Origin: an uncultured Oscillospiraceae bacterium
GTDB lineage: Bacteria; Bacillota; Clostridia; UMGS1883
NCBI GenBank assembly: GCA_964385605.1
Contig: CAYLPQ010000004.1
Span: forward strand, 6,763-70,762
Direction: 5' to 3'
DNA: 64,000 nt
In this document: one piece after another, positions 55,801 to 64,000 of the stretch
Numbering within the stretch: position 1 is the stretch's first letter
How the letters are laid out: every line of letters starts with the position of its first letter
Made by a program: the position numbers and the translations under genes
The notes under the pieces: model-generated
Databases searched by the model: none
Seen by the model: the letters and a program-made list of their open reading frames with translations, nothing else
Told to the model about the DNA's origin: nothing

Positions 55801-58243
55801 CTGCTGTGCTACCTGATGTTGTGGTTGAATTTACAGAATTCCCGTCAAACTTACAGTCTGTAATTTTCGCATTGCTTGTAGCAAAGCCGGCAATTCCACC
55901 GATTTCAGTTGAGCCGATACCACTCATAGTTATACTGTTTGATGCTTCGTCATTAAACTGTGTTGAGCACACCGTTACTTTCCCGTCAAGATAACCAACC
56001 AAACCTCCGACAGAAGATGCCGCCGTTGTTTTTATGTTATTAGAAAAATATGGTGCATATACAGAACATCTTTTGGCATTTGCACTCAAATTACCGCATA
56101 AGCTACCTAAACGAAATTCTCCTACAGTTGTTTGTGTGCTGAACAGTCCTCCCGTAGTAGCTATTGCCGAACAATCCGCCATGTCAGCATTTGAATAACC
56201 TGCAATCATACCTGCTTCAAATTTTCCTGATTTTAAATCAATATGGCTGTCTGTAGAAATACAATCAGATACAGATCCTCCCGACATATAGCCTGCAATA
56301 GTTCCCATTCGGGTATAATCGGTTGTACCTGCACTTATGCTACCGATATTAAAATACATAGTATTTAATTCTTTTAATGTAGTATTTTCTGCATAGCCTA
56401 CGATTGTACCAATATTCAAAACATTGGAAGATGTTATGCTTTCGATTGCTCCGGTTACGGTAAGGTTTTTAATTTCGCTATCCTTTACATAACCAAACAA
56501 GCCAACATTTTTTTCATTTTCCTTTGTGATATAAAGGTCTGAAATTGTGAATCCATTACCATCAAAAGAACCGTAAAAATATTGATATTCATTTCCGTAA
56601 AGTCCGATTGGCACCCATTCGTTATAAGCAAGGTTTATATTATTTGTCAGCTTATAATATTCGTATGTAGGTGTTGTTGTTTGACTATTCACTTTATTGG
56701 CAAGATAACCCAAATCAGATTCTGATTGAATAAGGTAAGGATCAGCCTCCGTGCCACTTCCGGATAATGATGCAGATGCTCCGCCGCTCCAAGTGCTTGT
56801 TCCCCAAACTGCATAAAGGGTCGTATTTGCATCAAATTTATAGTCCATACCTATTTTGTATGTTGCAGTTGTGGCAGTTTTACTTGTTGACCAGCCTTTT
56901 AAATATGAATAATCGCAAATAACATCATTGGGAATACGAATTGCATCACCATAGGTAATTGTTGTATCTAATATTTCGCCTTTACCGCCGTTTGCATCAA
57001 ACTTGATTGTATATGTTTCAGGCTCCCAAACTGCATAAAGCGTTACTTTTGCATTTCTGCTATAAGCATCACCCGACTGATATTCTGCTACAGTTGCATT
57101 TTTACTTCTTGCCCAACCTTTAAATATATAATGTACCTTTGTGGGCGCTTGTGTTTTAAGAGTAAAATTATTATCGTCTTGTAATTTTTCATGACTTGAT
57201 GGAGCATTACTTCCACCATTTGCATTATATGAAATAGTATATGTTTCAACTATTTTGAAACTTTCACAACTATCACTGCGTTCTTCACCTGTGCTGGAAT
57301 TCTTTGCATATAAGGTTGCAGTATAGTTACCGCTTGGTAATCCGGTTATTTTGTATGTATCGGAGGACATATTATATGTGTTATACAAACTGTTATTGCA
57401 ATATAATTTTAAAGAATAACTTGTAGCATTACTTACATTATTACGATAGAATGTAGCTGTTCCTTTTGTTTTTTCAAATGAACGAGTAAGATTTACATTC
57501 CCTACCGGATAACAGGCTGAACAAGTAGAAATAAGCTTTTTATTCCCTGTATATTCTTTATCTCCGCACGAGCAATATTTATATTCTGAATGAGGATGTG
57601 CAGAGTCGTTCAAATAAGAATATGAATGGTTATGTACAGGAGGAGTAACTATAGGCATAGTCAGTGTACAGTTACCACTTTTCACATACCAATACATTCT
57701 TAAATTTCCTATACGTTCATCTTGACTACTTCCTGTCAGATAGGCGCTTGTCAGGGGAATTCTTCCTTTAGCAATGCTGTTTGCTGGATCTGCACAATAC
57801 ACTGTGCCGGTAGCAGAATCATAATCTGTCGCTAAAACAGCATGTGTTTTTTTGCCGTCACCATACATATATATAATAACACCCTCTGGATGTTCACTCA
57901 ACAATAAAAGCAACTTCGCTTCCTTTTGTGTTTGGCTCATGCCTTTAAAAGTTCCATATACAACACGCATTCCCGCGTATGTAAAATCCCATTTTAATCC
58001 ACCACCTGACCAGGCAACAGATTTTATGGAATTTTCAGTTATTGAGCTCCAATTTTCATTTCCCTCTAAAAATGCACGCCTGCGTAACATCATCACCGCA
58101 GAAGCAAGGGTACATCTTCCGCTTGCACTTTGTTTTACAAAAACAGCGGAATTTGTTACTGCATCTGCGGCTTGTACGGGCACAGTGACAAACAATGATA
58201 AAGTCATTATTAAAGCTAAAACAAAACAATTTATTCTTTTCAT
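52838..58243 (-). CDS. giant secreted protein: papain-fold (C39-like) peptidase-like domain, Listeria-Bacteroides repeats, many GLUG-motif repeats, Ig-like C-terminal modules
   Basis: 1801 aa. Signal peptide. Candidate catalytic triad context Cys/His/Asp (SGRCTLASAVMML ... KTHAVLATDYD ... CADP). Two YT(I)xxxANGG...GW...Y..G......tLYAVW repeats. Numerous (V/I)GG(L/I)(V/A/I)G(Y/F) GLUG-type units. Confidence 0.75.
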   Translation of the reverse strand: MKRINCFVLALIMTLSLFVTVPVQAADAVTNSAVFVKQSASGRCTLASAVMMLRRRAFLEGNENWSSITENSIKSVAWSGGGLKWDFTYAGMRVVYGTFKGMSQTQKEAKLLLLLSEHPEGVIIYMYGDGKKTHAVLATDYDSATGTVYCADPANSIAKGRIPLTSAYLTGSSQDERIGNLRMYWYVKSGNCTLTMPIVTPPVHNHSYSYLNDSAHPHSEYKYCSCGDKEYTGNKKLISTCSACYPVGNVNLTRSFEKTKGTATFYRNNVSNATSYSLKLYCNNSLYNTYNMSSDTYKITGLPSGNYTATLYAKNSSTGEERSDSCESFKIVETYTISYNANGGSNAPSSHEKLQDDNNFTLKTQAPTKVHYIFKGWARSKNATVAEYQSGDAYSRNAKVTLYAVWEPETYTIKFDANGGKGEILDTTITYGDAIRIPNDVICDYSYLKGWSTSKTATTATYKIGMDYKFDANTTLYAVWGTSTWSGGASASLSGSGTEADPYLIQSESDLGYLANKVNSQTTTPTYEYYKLTNNINLAYNEWVPIGLYGNEYQYFYGSFDGNGFTISDLYITKENEKNVGLFGYVKDSEIKNLTVTGAIESITSSNVLNIGTIVGYAENTTLKELNTMYFNIGSISAGTTDYTRMGTIAGYMSGGSVSDCISTDSHIDLKSGKFEAGMIAGYSNADMADCSAIATTGGLFSTQTTVGEFRLGSLCGNLSANAKRCSVYAPYFSNNIKTTAASSVGGLVGYLDGKVTVCSTQFNDEASNSITMSGIGSTEIGGIAGFATSNAKITDCKFDGNSVNSTTTSGSTAVGGLVGTATAKTNPTVSVNGGLSLSKADLPTKDGYKATWYIDAGMTTLYDFSQTVASDMTLYAKWEEGDDAPDIWDGTSKEPAYNANAKTYTITNGEELAWVSDVTNGVITSGTNFPTDITFSGYTIELANDIYLNDTTNWENWDTIPPKNNWKPMGCDTTPFAGRFDGLDHTVYGLFINNEVECDRGLFGCIKNGVVSSIVIKKSMINSVVDNNNFLYHYIGFISGRSYNSEIYGCVNYGRNVKGKQNVGGLIGYAEGSQINECINYGDIKGYGFCGGIVGKFIDSTITYCCNYGYIRTSGSCGGGICGYASGSYIYRSYNAGDIKASYQTGGIVGSIKYGYIRDVHNSGTLKDGTREVAGIIGQMYCSDLNGGYNIGKAYCDTNLGAIVGSAEGTDYNITNIEKFYTIYDARGLNFVGSLGSYAEINHVGVKDSAHFTASPMSLDLSYLSSDLWARSNINNGYPYLNALEETYKTYKIAAIVDTDNSAINRSFANINGNLSGSGSSNANVGGILGSASGSSGASSVAQNVISIADGISSSHKVGNIVANNNGYFIFNNAYYNTEMNVTSSNNSIDSTGTARSEISMNVPFYTNLLGLTPYTSVANVANDNKAVWVLENGKLPELYYNCLNDITISDDIENGSVTIDKTQAVDGEVVTITATPNDGYILNKVYVDGVEQDGTTFVVDGNDEVYVTFAEEIPVFDVSIAANENVNASLVNADAATPMLMSAMALLASNDSSITANDGEEIQVNAVADSDYTVDSIYVNGEEVAGNSFILTEDSVITMDVTSISTDVVATTNDAEDVGDYFAVVSGSVSGEDENAVKYIRYWSADDVDTVYVTEVESGSGDYTTELMDLAAETTYYYQMTERGEIKSFTTCEEPVDEHTGGEDGDSDTEEVQITALTVNDMGIYGLIDIGTLNVPDGAVVYIAAYDTDKKLVSVQPVVLTNGAGQIIVPLDKLEKIKAFVWDKNSTAPLCVYEETPIS

Positions 58244-58373
58244 TCTTCTTTTTCTCCTTTCATTTCACAAAAATCATATCATAAATAATGCTATTAGTCA
58301 ACTTTTAATTCTGTCGATGCATTATAAATTCTTAACCAATAGTATATAATTAATACTGTAAGGCGGTGATTTT

Positions 58374-58712
58374 ATGAAAAACACATTCGACTATATAGCT
58401 CTGGGTGAAAGAATAAGAAAAGCTCGCAAAGCAAAAAAATTAACCCAGGAACAATTAGCGGAAGCTTGTGACCTGTCTACCGCACACATCGGACATATAG
58501 AGAGAGGCAGTCGTGCTCTTTCAATAGAATCACTGATTACAATATCTACTGTACTGGAAGTCAGTACAGATTATTTACTTCTGGATATTTCAAACTCTGC
58601 AGACAAAAATGTTTCAGCAATATTCAATTCTCTGTCAGGCATAGACGAAAATAAATACAATCTGCTCTATTCTGTTACAAAAATTTTAGCAGAAAATATT
58701 GAAAAGCTATAG
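58374..58712 (+). CDS. XRE-family helix-turn-helix transcriptional regulator
   Basis: 112 aa. HTH motif KKLTQEQLAEACDLSTAHIGHIERGSRALSIESL. Confidence 0.85.
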   Translation: MKNTFDYIALGERIRKARKAKKLTQEQLAEACDLSTAHIGHIERGSRALSIESLITISTVLEVSTDYLLLDISNSADKNVSAIFNSLSGIDENKYNLLYSVTKILAENIEKL

Positions 58713-58733
58713 ATTTATTATTTATTTCAAAAA

Positions 58734-58766
58734 AAGAAATTCTCAAAACGAGAATTTCTTTTTTTA
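58734..58766 (+). terminator. intrinsic terminator after the XRE gene
   Basis: AAGAAATTCTC-AAAAC-GAGAATTTCTT hairpin followed by T5+. Confidence 0.75.
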
Positions 58767-58810
58767 TTTTACAGATAATATCTTACATACAAACAAAAAG
58801 GAGTTTTGCC

Positions 58811-59485
58811 ATGCTTTCTGTTTTTTTAAGAACGGTTATTCTTTATCTTTGCGTTGTAGTAGCACTTCGGCTCATGGGCAAAAGACAGCTTGGCGAGCTA
58901 CAGCCATCAGAGCTTGTTATTGCGCTTATGATTTCAGACCTTGCGGCTATTCCTATTGAGTCTGACAAAATCCCTATCACCAGAGGAATTATACCTGTAT
59001 TCACTCTTGTGGCATTGGAATTTCTTCTTTCTGTACTGGTTTTAAAAAGTGTGACCTTGCGCAAATTTATTACCGGAACCCCCACCCAAATTATAAAAGA
59101 CGGAAAATTTGACGAAAAACAATTAAGGAAACTGCGCATTACTTTTGACGATGTTATGGAACAGCTACGTCTTGCAGGCTACAGCTCTATTTCACAAATA
59201 GACAGTGCAATTATTGAAACCAACGGACAGCTTTCCATTGTCCCCACGGAGAAAGAACGTCCGGTAGTATGCAAAGACTTCAATCTTTCCCCTGCGCAAA
59301 CTCATGTTCCTTACACGATTATTTCCGATGGCAAATTGCGAAAAAACAATCTGAAAAATTCAGGTATAAGCGAAAATTGGCTTCGTGAGAAGTTGAAAAA
59401 ATATAATATTACCGACTACAGTCAGATTACATTTTTAAGCATAACTGACGAAAAAGAGCTTGTTTTACAAATTTCCGATAATTAA
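58811..59485 (+). CDS. DUF421 (YetF-like) membrane protein
   Basis: 224 aa. N-terminal membrane helices with the family-typical LRLMGKRQLGELQPSELV. Confidence 0.75.
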   Translation: MLSVFLRTVILYLCVVVALRLMGKRQLGELQPSELVIALMISDLAAIPIESDKIPITRGIIPVFTLVALEFLLSVLVLKSVTLRKFITGTPTQIIKDGKFDEKQLRKLRITFDDVMEQLRLAGYSSISQIDSAIIETNGQLSIVPTEKERPVVCKDFNLSPAQTHVPYTIISDGKLRKNNLKNSGISENWLREKLKKYNITDYSQITFLSITDEKELVLQISDN

Positions 59486-59499
59486 GGAGTGTTTATATT

Positions 59500-61860
59500 T
59501 TGAAAGCAGTTATTTTTTCCTCCGGCGACGGCACAAGACTGCGCCCTGTCACCTGTTCCATCCCTCACTGTATGCTTCCTGTAATGGGGCGGCCTGTCAT
59601 TGAGCATACAGTCCGACTTCTGTCGCGGCATAACATCACTGATATTACCATTGCTTCCTCCTACCTTACGGACGAGATAAAAAAACATTTTTCTTTCTAT
59701 CCGGTTGAGGGAATATCTATCAATTTCAGAAGCATAAACGATTTTTGCGACCTGTTCACCACAGATGATGTCCTTTTAATAAGCGACAGTATACTTTTTG
59801 ATACCGACCTTGGTGAGCTATTGTCCATCCATCGTCACAGCGGTAGCGATGTAACCGCTGTAACAAAGCATACCTCCGCGGCATACCGTTACGGTATTTT
59901 TCAGATTGGCAAAGAAGGATTTGCAACGGAGTATACCAGCTGTCCTGATTTTGCACAGGTTTACGGGATTCCGTTTATGGGAATTGCCGTTATACGCAAA
60001 GGCATATCTATGACAGATTGCAGAAGCTTTCATTCAATGATGGAAAAGCTTGTTAAGAGCGAAAACAACATTTACTGCTACACTCCCGACTCCTATATAC
60101 GCGATATATCGGATTTCGACAGTTATCATAGATGTTGCCGTGATTTCATGGACAAAAAAATTTTTCTTCCGTTCCCCTGTGAAGAAAAAGCTCCCTCTGT
60201 CTGGATTGACGAGAATGCCACCGTTATGCAGGGAGCCGTTATTACTCCGCCGGTATACATTGGCCCCGGCAGTATTATTACCAAAGGTGCCCGTGTAGAA
60301 GCCTATTGTCAGATTTGCCGTGACGTCACTGTAGATTGCTTTTCCAGTATAAAACGCAGTACCGTCATGGATAACTCATATATATCTGAAAATGTTTCTC
60401 TGCGTGGCACAATCATCGGAAAGCGCTGTCATATAGGGGACGAAAGTGCCGCTTATGAAGGCAGTGTCATCGGCTTCGGTAGCAAGATAGGAAAACATTG
60501 CGTAGTACGCACCTCCGTTCATATATGGCCCGACAAGCTTATCGAAGATGAAAGCTGTGTGAATGAAAACATAACATGGGACAACACCATCAGAAATACC
60601 TTGTTTTATTCAGGTTGTGCCGAAGGTGTCATCAATCGAGAGCTTACTCCTGAATTTGCACTACAGCTTGCCAGAGCTGCCGTAAAGCTTACAGGCAACA
60701 AAATAGCCGTTTCCTGTGAGGATGAAGGTGCAGGGCTGATGATAAAAAATGCCCTTATTGCCGGCATACAATCCGCAGGTGGCAAAGCTTATGACATGGG
60801 AGAACAACCACTTCCCATAACGCGAAGTGCTGTTAAGTTTTATTCACTTGACGGAGGAATTGCCCTTTCGGTACGCAGTGATAAATCCTCACTTTATGGC
60901 ACACTGGATATTATAGATTCCAGAGGAATAAATCTTGAATATGATGATACCGGAAAGCTCGGGCAGATAATTAACGACTTGTCTGCAAAAAAAATTGCTC
61001 CGCAGGATATTACTGCCCCTGAATTTTTGTATGAATACAAGCTGTATTATCTGAAACAGCTTATTAACTCTACGTCTAAAAAACCTCTGGGGGCAAAAAT
61101 TCTTATACACGCACCATCTCCTTGGGCTAAAGAGCTTTTAAAAAGTGCCGCAGCAGACCTTAACTGCACATTTGTATTTTCCAAACACTCTGACAAGGAA
61201 AGCTTCTCAAAGGAGCTTACTCTCGGTAATTACGACATGGGCGCCATATGCGATTACAAGTGCGAAACCCTTACACTTGTAACATCGGCCGGATATGTTC
61301 TTTCGGAATTTGACTACTGTGGGCTGACTTCACTTATAATAATGAAGTTTTTTCCTGATTCCACAATATATGTTCCCGAATCCGCCCCCGACAGTATAGA
61401 GGTACTTGCAAAAAAGTATAATGCAAGTGTTCACCGCACTAATCTTAACCCGCCTATTCTTATGAATGAGCTTTCAAAAAGCAATCAAAAAATGCTTCTG
61501 CATCAGTTCATATACCGATATGACGCAGTGGGTGCTATTATAATCCTGCTTGATTGTCTTTATACAAACAACCTCACTGTAGAATCACTTTTAACTGAAA
61601 TCCCGCCAACAAATGTCATTACCACAACAGTAACATGCCCGAAAGCCGAGCAACGCAATGCTATCAAGCAGCTATATTCGCACCACAAAGCTGAAATCCC
61701 CCGAACTGCAAACTCATTAAAAATCAACTTTGATAATGGCTGGGTACTTGTTGTTCCCGACCGCGACCGTTCTCTTATAAAAGTAATAAGCTATGCTGTA
61801 AGCAAAGAGTATGCCAGAGAGATAGCCGATATATGTATAGACGATATTGCAAACAAATAG
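59500..61860 (+). CDS. tripartite nucleotidyltransferase / left-handed beta-helix / phosphohexomutase-like protein (catalytic motifs degenerate)
   Basis: 786 aa. TTG start 9 nt after AAGGAG. N-terminal SGDGTRLRPVT loop. Hexapeptide-repeat middle region. C-terminal four-domain mutase-like region lacks TASHNP and DGDxDR. Confidence 0.7.
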   Translation: MKAVIFSSGDGTRLRPVTCSIPHCMLPVMGRPVIEHTVRLLSRHNITDITIASSYLTDEIKKHFSFYPVEGISINFRSINDFCDLFTTDDVLLISDSILFDTDLGELLSIHRHSGSDVTAVTKHTSAAYRYGIFQIGKEGFATEYTSCPDFAQVYGIPFMGIAVIRKGISMTDCRSFHSMMEKLVKSENNIYCYTPDSYIRDISDFDSYHRCCRDFMDKKIFLPFPCEEKAPSVWIDENATVMQGAVITPPVYIGPGSIITKGARVEAYCQICRDVTVDCFSSIKRSTVMDNSYISENVSLRGTIIGKRCHIGDESAAYEGSVIGFGSKIGKHCVVRTSVHIWPDKLIEDESCVNENITWDNTIRNTLFYSGCAEGVINRELTPEFALQLARAAVKLTGNKIAVSCEDEGAGLMIKNALIAGIQSAGGKAYDMGEQPLPITRSAVKFYSLDGGIALSVRSDKSSLYGTLDIIDSRGINLEYDDTGKLGQIINDLSAKKIAPQDITAPEFLYEYKLYYLKQLINSTSKKPLGAKILIHAPSPWAKELLKSAAADLNCTFVFSKHSDKESFSKELTLGNYDMGAICDYKCETLTLVTSAGYVLSEFDYCGLTSLIIMKFFPDSTIYVPESAPDSIEVLAKKYNASVHRTNLNPPILMNELSKSNQKMLLHQFIYRYDAVGAIIILLDCLYTNNLTVESLLTEIPPTNVITTTVTCPKAEQRNAIKQLYSHHKAEIPRTANSLKINFDNGWVLVVPDRDRSLIKVISYAVSKEYAREIADICIDDIANK

Positions 61861-61861
61861 T

Positions 61862-61893
61862 AAAAAGGACTTTGCGGATGCAAAGTCCTTTTT
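61862..61893. terminator. bidirectional intrinsic terminator
   Basis: AAAAAGGACTTTGC-GGAT-GCAAAGTCCTTTTT. Confidence 0.8.
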
Positions 61894-61894
61894 A

Positions 61895-62563
61895 CTATTT
61901 GTTAACATTTTTTCTTAAATTCTCCATTTTAAGATCCAGCTCTGCACTCATCTCGGCACATCTATAGAGTTCTTCCGCCATTTCCTCTGTAAAAATAACA
62001 TCCTTTTTGTATCTGAGCTGATGCTCAAGTGTTGCCCAAAAATCCATTGCTATAGTTCTTAACTGAATTTCCGCACACATAATCCGCTTTTCGTGAGCAA
62101 GGAAAATAGGTATTGCTACGATAATATGCAAGCTTCTGTATCCGTTAGGCTTGGGATTTTTTATGTAATCCTTCATTTCTACCAAAGTTATATCATCCTG
62201 CTTCAAAAGGGCATTTGCCAGTGCATAAACATCCTCCGGAAAAGAACAGATTACCCTTATCCCCGCAATATCGTTGAGATTTTCTTCTATAGCATTAAGA
62301 GTAACCGGTAAACCTCGCCTTTCAAGCTTTCCTTTAATGCTGGGTAAAGATTTCAGCCTTGTTTTTATGCTGTTTATAGGATTACGGTCAAATTCCAGCG
62401 AATACTCCTCATCAAGAACCCGTAACTTGGTTTCAATTTCCATCATAGCACATTTATAATAGCTCATCAATTTCATATAAGGGATTGCCGCATCATGTAA
62501 ATATTCAAATGCTTCTTTATTTAAATACATTTTTTCCATAGCATCTTTATCATTTAGATTCAA
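61895..62563 (-). CDS. small alarmone synthetase (RelA/SpoT-domain GTP pyrophosphokinase, RelQ/RelP type)
   Basis: 222 aa. Motifs GIRVICSF, YRSLHIIV and EIQLRTIAMDFWATLEH. Confidence 0.88.
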   Translation of the reverse strand: MNLNDKDAMEKMYLNKEAFEYLHDAAIPYMKLMSYYKCAMMEIETKLRVLDEEYSLEFDRNPINSIKTRLKSLPSIKGKLERRGLPVTLNAIEENLNDIAGIRVICSFPEDVYALANALLKQDDITLVEMKDYIKNPKPNGYRSLHIIVAIPIFLAHEKRIMCAEIQLRTIAMDFWATLEHQLRYKKDVIFTEEMAEELYRCAEMSAELDLKMENLRKNVNK

Positions 62564-63683
62564 CTTTTTTAACTCCTTTTTCTTTAATGGTCACATCATC
62601 ACGCACAAGGCGGTACAGCACCGCAGTTAAAGGCACACCTACAAGCATTCCGGCTATACCTCCTATACCACCGCCAACCGTAATTGCGGCAAGCACATAC
62701 ACCGCCGGAAGTCCGACGGATTTTCCCACTACTTTCGGATAAACAAAATTACCTTCAATCTGTTGAAGCACCACTATAAACACTAAAAACAGTAATGCTT
62801 TCAGAGGTGACACCGTAAAAATCATAACGGCGCCTACTGCCGCACCAATATATGCTCCTGCTATGGGAACAAGGGCAGTAATTCCAATAAGGACACTTAT
62901 CATCCCGGCATACGGAAACCGGAGTGTAATCATCCCGACAAAGCACATCACTCCGAGAATAACGGCTTCGGCACACTGTCCTACTATATAATTATGAAAG
63001 CTCTCGTCGGTCAGCCTGACTATGTGATAAATCTTCTTTCTGACCTTTTCAGAAAGATAAGTTCGTGTAAATCTCCTGATATGAGACTTCAGTTTTTCTT
63101 TGTTCAACAGGAAATACACAGAAAAAACAAATCCCAACACTACTGTAACCACTACCGAGAAAACAGAAGATAATGCAAATGCTACTGCCATAGTAACATT
63201 GCCAATTCCATTTGTGATGGCGCTTGCCACATTTCCTATATGCTTCTGCCAATCAATGTTTTTAAGTGCAGACAATGATTTTTCAGGAAGAATTTCTGCT
63301 AAAAATTCACTGTTAAATACTTTTTCAACCGCAGGAGGAATTTCATTGACCAACAACCTCACACAGGCTACAAGCTCGGGAACAACTATAATTATGACCC
63401 CTGTTACTATAAGTGCAAGAGTAAGAATTGCCGCTAAAAGGCACACCGGTCTGCGGCTCTTTACAACTATTGAGCGATCAGACTTTTTATTTAAATAATG
63501 CCTTTCGTAAAAGCACATCAGTATATTGAGCACATATGCCATAAAAAAGCCAACTATAACAGGTGTTACGGCACCACTTATTTCCACAATAATTTTCTCT
63601 ATTTTATCCCAGTAATTAAAGCACACAAACAGCACAAAAGCTGCCAAAAGAAATTTTACAAATAACTTTTTATCAAGCTTCAT
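62550..63683 (-). CDS. AI-2E family (PerM/YtvI-like) transporter
   Basis: Polytopic membrane protein with the C-terminal conserved stretch QQIEGNFVYPKVVG. Start trimmed to MKLDKK (GGGGTGA RBS). The stop overlaps the alarmone synthetase start by 14 nt. Confidence 0.82.
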   Translation of the reverse strand: MKLDKKLFVKFLLAAFVLFVCFNYWDKIEKIIVEISGAVTPVIVGFFMAYVLNILMCFYERHYLNKKSDRSIVVKSRRPVCLLAAILTLALIVTGVIIIVVPELVACVRLLVNEIPPAVEKVFNSEFLAEILPEKSLSALKNIDWQKHIGNVASAITNGIGNVTMAVAFALSSVFSVVVTVVLGFVFSVYFLLNKEKLKSHIRRFTRTYLSEKVRKKIYHIVRLTDESFHNYIVGQCAEAVILGVMCFVGMITLRFPYAGMISVLIGITALVPIAGAYIGAAVGAVMIFTVSPLKALLFLVFIVVLQQIEGNFVYPKVVGKSVGLPAVYVLAAITVGGGIGGIAGMLVGVPLTAVLYRLVRDDVTIKEKGVKKVESK

Positions 63684-63786
63684 ACTATCACCCCATAAGT
63701 TAATTATATAAACTATTTCCAATATAATCAAGTCAAATACTTTTAATTTACATTTAATTTAATTTTACCCGATTTTCCTATACGGC

Positions 63787-63825
63787 AAAAAAACAGTTTC
63801 CCAAGAAAATCTCGGGAAACTGTTT
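63787..63825 (-). terminator. intrinsic terminator after the KH-domain protein gene
   Basis: AAACAGTTTCCC...GGGAAACTGTTT 12-bp stem, followed by a T-run on the minus strand. Confidence 0.7.
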
Positions 63826-64000
63826 TTATTCGATAATATCAACGATAACCTTTTTACCGTCTCTTCCTGATGCGGCACGCATAACAGTTCTGATTGCCTT
63901 TGCAATTCTTCCCTGCTTACCGATAACCTTACCCATATCGGAAGGATTCACACGGAGCTCAAGAAGTTGTACATCTTCGCGCTCAATCAAAGTAACGTTG
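63826..64000 (-). CDS. KH-domain RNA-binding protein (YlqC/UPF0109), 3' part; gene continues beyond right edge
   Basis: Reverse translation ends ...LELRVNPSDMGKVIGKQGRIAKAIRTVMRAASGRDGKKVIVDIIE*. It contains the GKxGR KH signature. Absent from the ORF track because it is truncated. Confidence 0.75.
   Translation of the reverse strand, partial: NVTLIEREDVQLLELRVNPSDMGKVIGKQGRIAKAIRTVMRAASGRDGKKVIVDIIE

Overview
This is a 64-kb chromosomal segment from a Firmicute with Clostridia-type gene content: NfnAB, many SLH-domain surface proteins, and an rplS-lepB-rbgA-rnhB-yraN block. I call about 41 protein genes (two truncated at the window edges) and one tRNA-Leu(CAA). I found no rRNA, CRISPR array, transposase or prophage genes. 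Housekeeping genes occupy 1-5.8 kb, 38.9-52.7 kb and 58.3-64 kb. Between them lie a 33-kb accessory region for cell-surface and glycan-utilisation functions (6.1-38.7 kb) and a separate 5.4-kb giant surface-protein gene (52.8-58.2 kb).

The main finding is at 9.3-11.2 kb. A complete tyrosine recombinase gene sits inside a 1,021-bp segment bounded by exact 26-bp inverted core-type sites. The same segment carries a near-consensus promoter (TTGACA-17-TATACT) that fires outward. Two divergent paralogous giant secreted-protein genes flank the segment, and their first 357 bp (38-nt leader plus 106 codons) are 100% identical in inverted orientation. I read this as a self-contained invertible-promoter toggle between two alternative surface or secreted proteins. 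In this assembly the promoter faces the 1170-aa gene. A third paralogue (1180 aa) has its own fixed promoter.

Other observations:
- A uronate/pectin-type utilisation locus: giant secreted PL22-like propeller proteins, a GH105-like hydrolase, a CUT1 ABC importer without an ATPase gene, and a membrane-anchored AraC regulator. Candidate operator direct repeats lie beside a consensus promoter.
- A recurrent roughly 90-aa C-terminal module shared by at least six secreted proteins.
- A two-member family of long perfect palindromes.
- A tRNA-Leu 3' end duplication.
- An infC leader attenuator with an AUU start.
- A 1801-aa protein combining a peptidase-like domain with GLUG repeats.
- A nucleotidyltransferase/mutase-like fusion with degenerate catalytic motifs.

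All calls come from reading the sequence and the supplied ORF translations. No database searches were run.
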